DNA of 64,000 nucleotides, from assembly GCF_020745735.1 (NCBI RefSeq), contig NC_083433.1:6583363-6647362 (forward strand). Reading direction: 5' to 3'. How positions within the stretch are numbered: the first letter of the stretch is position 1; each line of letters opens with the position of its first letter. Below, in pieces: positions 45,155 to 64,000 of the stretch. The notes beneath the pieces are model-generated. The model worked only from the letters and a program-made list of their open reading frames with translations. It searched no databases and was not told the origin of the DNA. A program made the position numbers and the translations under genes. Source of the stretch: Hemiscyllium ocellatum (lineage: Eukaryota).

Positions 45155-45535
45155 TTGGTTAAATGGAATCAATTTAGGTAAAGGGGCAGTAGAAAGAGAT
45201 CTGGGTGTTCTTGTACACCAGTCAATGAAGGTAAGCATGCAGGTACAGCAGGTAGTGAAGAAGGCTAATAGCATGCTGCCCTTCATAACAAGAGGGATTG
45301 AGTATAGAAACAAAGGTTTGTCTGCAGCTGTACAAGGCCCTGGTGAGATCACCCCTGGAGTATTGTATGCAGTTCTGGTCTCCAAATTTGAAGAAAGACA
45401 TTCTGGCTATTGAGGGAGTGCAGTGTAGGTTCAGGAGGACAATTCCTGGAATGGTGGGACTACCTTACGCTGAAAGACTGGAGTGACTGAGCTTGTATAC
45501 CCTTGAGTTTAGAAGACAGAGGGGATCTGATTGTC
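45155..45535 (+). mobile_element. CR1-like LINE fragment
   Basis: Peptides ERDLGVLVHQSMKVSMQVQQVVKKANSML and LQLYKALVRSPLEYCMQFWSP. Confidence 0.85.
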
Positions 45536-46351
45536 TATTGTTAACTGGAGTCTAACTCTGCTTGATGTTGGTGAGGTACTGGTTCTGGAAGGGTTAAAGT
45601 TGGGTTGCAATAAACCCCACCCAATGTGATGATTTCAGAAGGAGGAAATCAGGAAAGCTGAAGATCAGGAAGCTCTAAAGAAAGTCCAAGGAAACCAACA
45701 CCTTACATAATGAGTAAGGCTGTTACACAAGATTATTAGGAATTGGTTCAGAGATGGGAGCTGGGAGTAGGTTGTGTACTCCAATGGGCAGGAGGGGATT
45801 AGTCATCTCTCCTCCAGGAATCTCAGCCTTTCATTATACTGTATTTCTAAATGACACCAATGAAGAAATAGAGATACATATCCATGTTTCCTAATGAGGT
45901 GAGCTAGTAAATATCACTGACAGAATTGTCATGATGCAGAAGAAGGCCATTCTGCCCATCACATTTGCACCAGCTCTCTGAGCATTTAACCTTCTCCTGC
46001 CCTTTCCCTGTCACCTGGCCTGTTGTTCCTGTTTAATTGCCCAGTGCTCTCTTGAACACTTCTGTGGATCCTGCCTCTGCCACACTGAAGCAGAGGACAC
46101 TAATATAGCGAGTGGACAATATTGATCAATAGAATTTAATCTGAGGAAGACCAAGACGGAGAAATCAGAGTGGTTTGGAAGTGGAGGAGCTAGGTGAGAA
46201 ACAGGCACAGAGAGAGTTGGGGACCTGTGTGCAGAAACTATTAAAACTTGCGGAGAGCAAAAGAGATGATTTTAAAATGCTAATTGCATTAGTCTTCATT
46301 GCAAGGCAGCATAGAAGCAGGCCATTCAACCCATCAATCCTCTGAAGAGCA

Positions 46352-46868
46352 TGATTAGATTACTTACAGTGTAGAAACAGGCCCTTCGGCCCAACAATTC
46401 AACACCAACCCTCCGAAGAGTAACCCACCCAGACTCGTTTCCCTCTGGCTCATGCACCCAACACAATGGGCAATTTCCCATGGCTAATTCACCTAACCTG
46501 CACGTTTTTGGACTGTGGGAGGAAACCCACGCAGACACAGGGAGAATGTGCAAACTCCACACAGACAGTTGCCTGAGGTGGGAATTGAACCCGGGTCTCT
46601 GATGCTGGAGGCAGCAGTGCTAACCACTGTGCCACCGTGTCACCCTTTGTGCCACCGTGCCACCCTTAACTATCCTCGCCCTTAACGCATCCTCAACCAA
46701 TCCACCTAACATGCACATCTTTGGACTGTGGGAGGAAACCAGGGCACCTGGAGGGGACCCATGTAGGCATGTGGAGAACTTGCAAACCTTACACACTGTT
46801 GCCCGAGGGTGGAATCGAACCTGGTCCCTGTGAGACAGCAGTGCTAACCACTGAGCCACAGTATCACC
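46352..46868 (-). mobile_element. Two adjacent HE1-like SINEs
   Basis: Reverse V-domains and heads (CAGCAGTGCTAACCACTG) ending near 46640 and 46865. Confidence 0.78.
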
Positions 46869-47784
46869 CATGAAGGTTGTGTTACAGTTGTGGAAAGTGC
46901 TGGGCAAACCTCATCTGCAAAATTGTATTCAGTATTGATACATTGACCTTGGAGCATGCTTTTAAAATTGATTTCATGGAAGAGTATGTCGCTTGGAAGG
47001 CTAATCCCTGCTAACTAAAAGATTTCTGACCATCTCAGAGGCAAGTCAAGAATGAACAACATTGCTGTGGGTCTGTAGTCACAGATAGGCCAGAGCAGAT
47101 TTCTTTCGCTAAGGGATATCACTGAACCAGATGAATTTCTATGACAAATAACAATTGTTCTCATGAGCACCATCACTGAGACTTGCTTTGTATTCCAGAT
47201 TAATTAAGTGAAATCAAATTCTACCCAGCTGCCATGGTGGGATTTGAGCTCATGTCCTCATGGTGTTAATCTGAGCCTCTCAGTGACTGGCTCAGTGACA
47301 ATACCATCATCCCCCTACAGTGTAGATTCACCGGAATGATACCAGGGCTGAAAGGCTTAAATTGTGAGGACACTTTGCAAACAGTGGGCTTGAGTATCGA
47401 AGATTAACGGGTGACTATACTCGAGGTTTGGAAAATAACGAATGGGTTTGAGGAGTCAGATGGAGAGAAATTATTGCACCGTGACCCAAGGAGAAGAATG
47501 CTATAATGATCATGTGACCATTCAGAGCAGTTGCTAGGAATCATCGCCTCATGAAAAAGGACTCTCTTTCCCAGAAACATTGGGAGCAAATAATCTGTTC
47601 AGATCTGAGATAGTTAGGTGCTTGTTGGTTAATGGTGTGAAGGGAATGCAGGACCAATGTGGACAGGGGCAGGAAGCAACAGACCAGCCATGATATCATT
47701 AAATGGCAGCACAGGCTGACAGAGTCAAACATCCTCCTCCTGTTCCTCAGTGACAATCACTGAATGATTCAAATCTGCTTCCAT

Positions 47785-48006
47785 TTCAAAGCTCTGATTG
47801 GCCCCAGTGATCTCACCTCACCCCTATGCCCTTCATTGGTTCCTGGAGTCATGGAGATTCCTGATTGTGTCAGGGATTGTCAATCATCATTGGTGCTGCC
47901 ACTCCCTGGCTGAGTGCAGGGTGTCCCAGGAGGATAAATACAAGAGCTCAGGGAGTGAGGCTTATTTCTAGAGTTGTCTAGGTGATAGTGCACAGGAATA
48001 GTGAAG
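47785..48006 (+). promoter_or_regulatory. Ferritin copy 8 promoter
   Basis: ATTGG boxes, GATAAA at 47933. Confidence 0.68.
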
Positions 48007-50224
<2,218 letters not shown>

Positions 50225-52504
50225 GTGGGATTTGGAACACTAGTGCTGACCATAAAGTTGAAGTGTAAACTGTTCTGCTTTTGTCTTGCTGGATATGGAA
50301 ATAAATATCTGAAACACTTATGGCTGTGTAGTTCAGTACCTGGCAAAGGATCCAGGATTGCTAGCTGTATAAATTGCATTTGTGGAATCTTTAACAGCTT
50401 TTGGTCTTCCTGACCTAACACTTTGTTTCCTGTGATCATGTTAGTGGGGAAAAATGATCAATTCTACAATTGTTGATCTCAAATGTTTGTAGCATCAGTG
50501 GGTTTTTTAATATTGCAATGGGATGTTTTTAGGATCATGGTCTAAATCAACCTGGGTTAACATACAATGTTATGAAACACATTACTGAGCTAAGCATGGA
50601 GTTAGAGGATGGAACTCCTTTTTACTCCTGCTAAGAAAAAGCTACTGGGACACTTTCTGCAAAACATTCCCAGGACAGGTACAACATAAGGCTGGATAAA
50701 AGTAGAGTTGCCTTAATTGAAGGCAAAGCCACTGTTGCTTTACCTTTGTAGGGATAGAACTAAGGTTTTTTTTTCCTTATCAGCCTCTCCCAGAACCGGG
50801 TTAGATAGAATGTAATCCCTCTCTGCTATCCTCACCAAACGCTTTTTTTGATTGGCAGCTTGAGGAATTGAAAGTGTCAAATGATTTGAGGTAGACTCTT
50901 CATAGAGGTGAAAGGGCAACAGAAGTAGGTGGGCTAAAGTCAGTGTTTTGAGTTCACAGGAACCAGAAACTTAATAATTCCACAATTCTACTGGATTATT
51001 GAAAATGCAGTTCTCCGTGTGCTTGATGGGCTGACATAACCTTGTGCAGGAGTTGAATATCACTGCTGGCTAGAAATCCTCCACCATTATTTCCTCCCGC
51101 AATGCTTTCCCAAGCTCTTCCCTGTTCTCCCCTTTGTTTTCAGGTTTAAATGGTCTCAGAGCAGGGGTACAGCTGTTACACCACCAATTCCACTATGGCC
51201 ACTGCTGCCTTATAACTTGCAATTCCCTCAATTTCAGCTCGTGGCCCCACTTGAGATCTCTACCTTCCCCCTCTCTAGCAAACCCTCGGTTATTTACAAA
51301 CACTATCGTAGATGTGACTGCATTAGACGTGGTCTTGTCACACAGTGAAGCCAGTTGTAGTGGTCAAATAGCTAACTGTCTCCTGTTCTTTTGTCTGTTG
51401 CTCACAAAATGATAAGGTTTTGTTTTGACCTGTTTACATGGCCAAGCATTGATCATGTTATGATGCCCCTCACAAGAGTTACCAAATGTGGAGCACTATT
51501 ACCTGCACCTGTTCTCTCCAAGGGCTAGGATGAATAAATGCAGAAAGAGTCAGGTTACAGACCGAGACTCTCCACCTTTCAAGTGTTAAATCTTGTCTTC
51601 AAAAAATCTCAAAATAAACTCAACATTGGCAGAAGGAACAGAATATTAGACTTGGTGACTCTTGTCGTTAGCAAGAAAAGGTTCTACTTGAAACACAATA
51701 ACAATGGGAGCACTGGAATTCTAGTAGAGGAACCTCATCGACGTACTTTCCATTTCACCAACTTGTGTGATTCACAGATTCACTGCAGACTATCTGGTGC
51801 AGGTCAATATCCTTCAACTGCTGCGATCAATCTCCGTATCACTGACCTCTTCTGGATCTGACGAGAGCTGTATCAGTTCATCTAGAGATGGGAGAACACC
51901 GATGCAATTGTACTCCACATTATATCTCAGGAAATTCAATCCTGGAGACATCGGGAAACTCTGATTTAGAGAATTCTATCAGTTTCAACTTGAGGAAAGT
52001 CACAGCAACTAAATGCCATTGCAGACAAGAGTCCATCACTTCACTCTAAGAAAGTGAAGCATGTGGGATTGGAGGAAACCATCAGAAATGGTTTGGAATT
52101 GGTCAGGATGTGGGAGATACAGGAGAGCTAATGGCTATTTACTTCAAATAGCAAAACTATATCAATCTTTCCCAGGATCTGTACAAGGGCCTGACAGTCA
52201 TGTTTAGAAATGACGTTAGTGAAGGAGTAGAGCACAGGGGTTTCCTTCCCTTCTTCACACACAGAATACCATGAATCTGGACATCGCTCTCTCAAAACCT
52301 TAAATGAACATGGAGTCGATTGAACATTTCAAACTGACATTGGTGACCATTTGTTAAGTAAGGGAGTAACGGGATTTGGAAGAAACATTGGTTACACAGA
52401 GTTAAAATACAAACCGACCTGGATCCAGTTGGATGATGAAATAGACTTAAGGAGTTGAATGGCCTCTTCCTGTTTCTGTGATCCAAATTATGGGAGGCTA
52501 CTTG

Positions 52505-52717
52505 TTTTTCATTGGCTCAGGCTGTTACATACTCCCTATCTTAAATTAGTGCCTGGATTGATGGGAAATTCCTGATTGGCGATCAGGGATTATCAATCAT
52601 TGGTGATCTCTCTCCCTGGTTGGGTGTGGGATGTCCCAGGAGGATAAATACAAGGACTTGTGGTAGAGTGATTCAGTTTTAGAGTTGTCTAGCTGATAGT
52701 GAGCAGGAATAGTGAAG
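52505..52717 (+). promoter_or_regulatory. Ferritin copy 9 promoter
   Basis: ATTGG boxes, GATAAA at 52643, TCAGTT. Confidence 0.68.
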
Positions 52718-56669
<3,952 letters not shown>

Positions 56670-57479
56670 ACTGACTGCAGGGAATGAGCTGTATGTGATG
56701 TATAAAATGGGAGACCTGTAGAAGCAACTCACTGTCCTGTACTAAGTGTGAATAAACTAGTCCAATATGGAGCAGGTTTGTCTTATTTTCTGGATTAGCA
56801 CTAGCTAGAAGCTGTGCAGCAGCTTGTGATCATTCTGTTCTAAGACATTGCCACACTGGGATCTGGGTTTCACTGTTCATCCTGACCATTGCTGGTCCCT
56901 AGTTGCCCTTGGGAAGGTGGTGAGCTGCTGGATTCTACATCTACCTTGGGTGGACCCAATGGCCTGAAGGAAGGAACGTTTTTCACCAAAAAGTGAAGGG
57001 TCAGGAATGGCTTGTGGACCAATTGTTCTCATCAAAAGGACCACCTGAGTTGGGGGGGGGGTGCAGGGAGGAGTGTGGGGATTGTAACACCTGAGGGGTA
57101 TTGGGAAATCTGGAAAATTCAAGTAACTGAGTCCCCAAATCCAGGAATTGGAGAATGAATTTTGGATTGGAAATTTTTGCTTTTCATTTGAATGTATTTC
57201 CAAACCAGCTTGTGCAGATATTATTAACCTCCTTAGAGCAGGTGGAACTTGAACCCAGCCCAGAGATAGGGATGCTATGACTGCTCCAAAGCCTATTCAA
57301 GTAGGCCAGCTATGGTGTGCATTTTAGGTGAGCAAATGTTAAATCTGAATGAGATTTAAATTGGACAAATTCAATCCAAATCCAATAGTTGTATTACCTA
57401 ATGGTAGTGCCCTGGAGAACCAAGTCAGACCTAGAGGGTGCAAGTTGCTATTTCTTGAAAGTCAGTGAAGATGTTTGCC

Positions 57480-58020
57480 TCCTTTCATTCTTCAGTGCAT
57501 TGAGGAGTTGGGATGTGCAGTTGTATATGACTGCAGTATTCCAAAAGTGGCAAAATTTAATATTGGTCTCCTGCTGTAGGAAAGATACTGTTCTTGAACT
57601 CTTGTAAATCTTCTGAACTTTAAAATGTTGTCAGGGTTTTGAATTGTAGGGAGAGGCTGAAGTTGTGTCCCAGAGCAGAGGCTGTGGGGTGACCTCTTAT
57701 GGAAGCTTTTAAAATCATGAAAGGTGTGGATAAGATGAATAGTCACGTCATTTATTCCCAAGGTAGCAGAGCATCAGTTTAAGGTGAGGGTGGGAGGAGA
57801 GGTGAAGACTTAAAAGGGACCTAAGAGCAGCTTTCTTAGAGGGTGGAATGAGCTGCCAGAGGAAGTGGAGGTTGGGTTAATCAAACCCATCCAGCTGCCT
57901 TTTGAATGTATGAGTAGGAATGGTTTCAAGGGATATGGCCAAATACTGGCAAATAGGACTAGTTAATTTAGGATATCTACTCCACATGGATGAGTTAGAC
58001 CAGAGGATCTGTTTCTGCTA
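57480..58020 (+). mobile_element. Degenerate CR1-like LINE 3' end
   Basis: GAGGCTGTGGGGTGACCT...TTTAAAATCATGA and GGAATGAGCTGCCAGAGGAAGTGG match the element at 40.8-41.9 kb in the opposite orientation. Confidence 0.65.
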
Positions 58021-58913
58021 TATAATACCCCTCCTCCGCTTTAGAGGGAATTTGGGGCAGCAGGAGACTTATTCAAACAAGCTTGTGATGGAGTCAAACA
58101 CAGACTTCAGAATAGTCATTTTTCTCAACAAAGGAGGGGACAGCAAACAGCAACTGTTACCATATGATCACACTTTTAGTATAGATGCCATCAGCAGCAA
58201 AACCTGCTATTAGAAAGGGCTGGGACATCTACCTAACAAAACCAGAAGAAAGCCAACAAAAATACAGGAAAGCAAAATACACTACCATTTAAACACCATT
58301 GACATTCTGTCAGAGCTTCAGTTGGAATAAGAAAGAGTCAATCTTACATTCTGGATCAGCAGTTAACTGACAGAATGGTATGCAGTAAAACTTGTTCTGG
58401 CTTTGGGTACTGTAGGGTTGGGAAGGATAATCTTTGGCATTTGATATATATATATTATCACTGACCAGGGGCAGTGATTGGCCAGTTTGGAGTTGAGGTT
58501 GAAGGAGAGATACAAAGCTGATTTAGTTGCAAGAGTTTTGGAATTTGCCATTATCCATCAACTTTTTTTTTTCAAACACTTCCAGGTAAACATTAAGAAT
58601 GTTCCATTAATGCACAGCTAGGTGAAGGTAGCAAGTTCAAAGCTATTCCGACAAGCCAGGAACAACTCCACTAAAGCTGTGTCCATCCTTCAAAAGATAT
58701 GTGCAAGTTGTGTTCTCCATGAGCAGATTGAGCTCAAATCTGTCAGAAGTCTAGAAGCCCAAGTTGTAACCCAACTGTGTGAAGGGCAAAGCAAGAACCC
58801 ATGCCAATGAAGTCTGGAACAGTTTGTCAGTCAGGACAGCCAATAGAAGGATCACATCATTTAGAACCTGTCATGATAGATGTCTGGTAGATACTATTCT
58901 TGGAAGAACTAGA

Positions 58914-59132
58914 GTAAAAAATGAGGTCTGCAGATGCTGGAGATCACAGCTGCAAATGTGTTGCTGGTCAAAGCACAGCAGGCCAAGCAGCATCTCAGGA
59001 ATAGAGAATTCGATGTTTCGAGCATAAGCCCTTGGCTTATTCCTGATGAAGGGCTTATGCTCGAAACGTCGAATTCTCTATTCCTGAGATGCTGCCTGGC
59101 CTGCTGTGCTTTGACCAGCAACACATTTGCAG
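58914..59132. mobile_element. Young palindromic Penelope-derived element
   Basis: 86-bp inverted arms (58948-59033 and 59049-59134, 2 mismatches); 15-bp direct repeat CTTGGAAGAACTAGA at 58899-58913 and 59133-59147. Confidence 0.85.
59039..59074 (+). ncRNA. Minimal type I hammerhead ribozyme motif
   Basis: ATTC-CTGATGA-A-GGGC-TTAT-GCTC-GAAA-CG-TC-GAAT: stem I ATTC/GAAT, intact core, stem II, palindromic ACGT in place of stem III, UC cleavage site. Confidence 0.6.
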
Positions 59133-60969
59133 CTTGGAAGAACTAGACTTTAGCAAAACACAAACCTTCATCAACTCACGACAGTAGCAAGGAATTATGG
59201 CCTTGTTTTGAACAGTACAAACTGTCAAATTAATTTCAGCCAAATCAATTTAATTGGTTGAATCTACTGAGCTGGGAATAGACCTCATCCTGCCAAAAGA
59301 TGCCAACGTCACAAGGTAGAAATGACTTACAAAGGTTTCTTTAACTTTTTTTTCCCATATGTTCTGATATTTGCCACCAATCAGAGTTATCCACAGAGAC
59401 ACGTGGCAGAAAGATTATTTTAACCTCGTCTTCAATGTTGTATCATGATATTATAGCAGTGTACTGTTATAAATATTTAGTGTTGTAAATAAACGTCAGA
59501 TATCTGACTCAACAAGAATAGGGGACTCTCTATGGTTTATGTGAGATGGACAGCCACAGAGTAAACCAGGAACAGCATCTATTCCCACAGAGCCAGTCAC
59601 CACAATCATTCATCAAAGTCTCTGGTGTTCATTCAGCGACCACGTGATGTCCGTTAGTTTGGATAAGGTCCATTGCGATATTCCCTGTATCTCAGATCCA
59701 TTTTGACAAGGACGTGTGTCAATCTCCGACACATTTTCTGTTTTTGCGGGTTAGCCGTGCCCATTGGTGTCCCAGGAGGGTGTACCTAGCTGGTGATTGG
59801 TGGATCCTGCTGCCAATCACAGGCTCCCCCCCACCCCCATCTGACCCAACTAATCCAGAGTTTAATCCAGGGGAACACATCTCATCACCTAATCCAGGAC
59901 TGAACCACACAAAGTCATACAGCACGGAAACAGATGCTTCAGTCCAACTCATCCATGCCAACAAGGTATCTCAAATGGAATGAGTCCCATTTGCCTGCAT
60001 TTGGCCCATAACCCTAATCATGGACCATATCATATATTAATGAGGTAATCTGGACCCTATTTTTTGTTAATTTTAAGTGTAAGTGTAAGGCATTGAATTT
60101 TAGATGCAATTAAAATGACCGCATTTAAGTAAAACACACTTGATTTTTACATGACAATTAAAATATAGACAAAATAAGCAAAGGCAAGTTCAGTAAAATA
60201 GGTTGCCTCATACACAATTTTAGCAGCAGAAAGAGAACCGTAGCTTTTAACTCTAACAGAAAGAGGAAAAACGGGTTTCCACCTTCACCTTCAAGACCAC
60301 AGCAACCGCTGAAAACTAAATCTAAAAATTCTGATTCTGTGAGTGCTTGACCTGACTCGTTCAGGCTGCTTCTATTGTTCCAACATCAAAAAAAAGCTGC
60401 TTATTTTAATGGTTCTGGTAGACTGCTTGACACCTCTGTCTCAGCCTTTCTTCACTTAAAAAAATGATCAAAATACACCTTTTAAAGCCACAGTATTGTA
60501 AACGTTTCATATTCATGCACCTCTCCAAATGTCTTTTAAATGCTGTAATTATACCCACCTCTACCACTTCCTCTGGCAGCTCATTCCATGCATGCAGCAT
60601 CTCTGTGTGAAAAAAATGCCCCTTAGGTCCCTTTTAAATCTTCTATCATGAAACTAGTTGGGAACACTTGGGATATTAGAGAAACAGCAAAGGCAAAAAG
60701 AACCAGATTGTATCAGGTGCTGAAAAAGTGCTTCACTAAAGTTATCATTTTTAAATCAATCAATTCTTGTCCCACTATAGATATTATTGAGCAGCCAGTT
60801 CTAGAAACTTTAAAACTCGAACACATTTTCTAATCTTATAGACATAGATATTCCCACTACACCACATATCCAACTCCAAACAGTTACTTAGTTTACAGTG
60901 TGTTGAGGATTTATCACTCCAAAAGCAATTGCATCAGCAAGACTAACTTCCCAAACCTCTCTGTATTCC

Positions 60970-61201
60970 AATCTCTGATTGGCGCTGGTTCTCTTCACCG
61001 GCCCCATAGCCCCATCTCCCTTGTCATTGGTGCCTGGATTGAAAGTTGATTCCCAATTGGCTATCAGTGAATGTCAATCATAATTGGTGATGTCATTCTC
61101 TGGTTGGGTGAAGGGTGACCCAGAAGGATAAATGCAAGAGCTTGTGGGTGAGAGGCTCAGTTCTAGAGTTGTCTGGGTGATAGTGAGCAGGAATAGTGAA
61201 G
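60970..61201 (+). promoter_or_regulatory. Ferritin copy 10 promoter
   Basis: Four ATTGG boxes, TGATGTCA, GATAAA at 61127, TCAGTTC. Confidence 0.7.
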
Positions 61202-63818
<2,617 letters not shown>

Positions 63819-64000
63819 ACTGATGGCAGGGAGAAAAGTTTGGTTTTCTGTATGTGATCTGGAGTGAAGCACTTGCTGTGGAAGCAGTTAATTGTTCTGG
63901 GTTTGATCATGAAATTTTCCAACTGTAAATAAACTCCTGTTGGATTGAGTTAGTCTGTGCTGTGAAATGCCTGTCATTAGCAATCTCGATCACTAGTTAT

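Noticed and set aside
58909-59243. Mirror-image ORFs on both strands (MLLVKAQQARQHLRNREF...)
   Set aside because: An artefact of the DNA palindrome, with no evidence of a protein gene.
61058-61078. CAGTGA upstream of copy 10 as an IRE loop
   Set aside because: The flanks do not form the stem, it lies upstream of the predicted TSS, and it is absent from the other copies.

Overview
Eukaryotic DNA, very probably from a shark: it carries HE1-type V-SINEs, CR1/L2 LINE remnants and Penelope-derived elements. The window is dominated by a head-to-tail array of ten four-exon ferritin genes, all on the + strand (ATGs at 1849, 9580, 16379, 21908, 27637, 34560, 38942, 48007, 52718, 61202). They encode cytosolic 173- or 176-aa subunits with an H/M-type ferroxidase centre and an L-like C-terminal half. 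Exons are almost identical between copies even at synonymous sites, whereas most introns and UTRs differ in length and cannot be aligned by eye, which points to exon-focused concerted evolution. I found no iron-responsive element in any copy. Instead each has a multi-CCAAT (Y-box) promoter with GATAAA (8 copies) or TATAAATA (2 copies) and a short predicted 5' UTR. Copy-specific lesions or variants include a Cys-to-TGA codon (copy 2), a ferroxidase Tyr-to-Phe (copy 4), a GC splice donor (copy 6) and two C-terminal length classes. Spacers contain SINEs, LINE fragments, a deleted Gypsy element with a related solo LTR, and Penelope-derived palindromes with minimal hammerhead-ribozyme motifs. Exon coordinates were counted by hand. 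Repeat boundaries and percent identities are approximate by-eye estimates.
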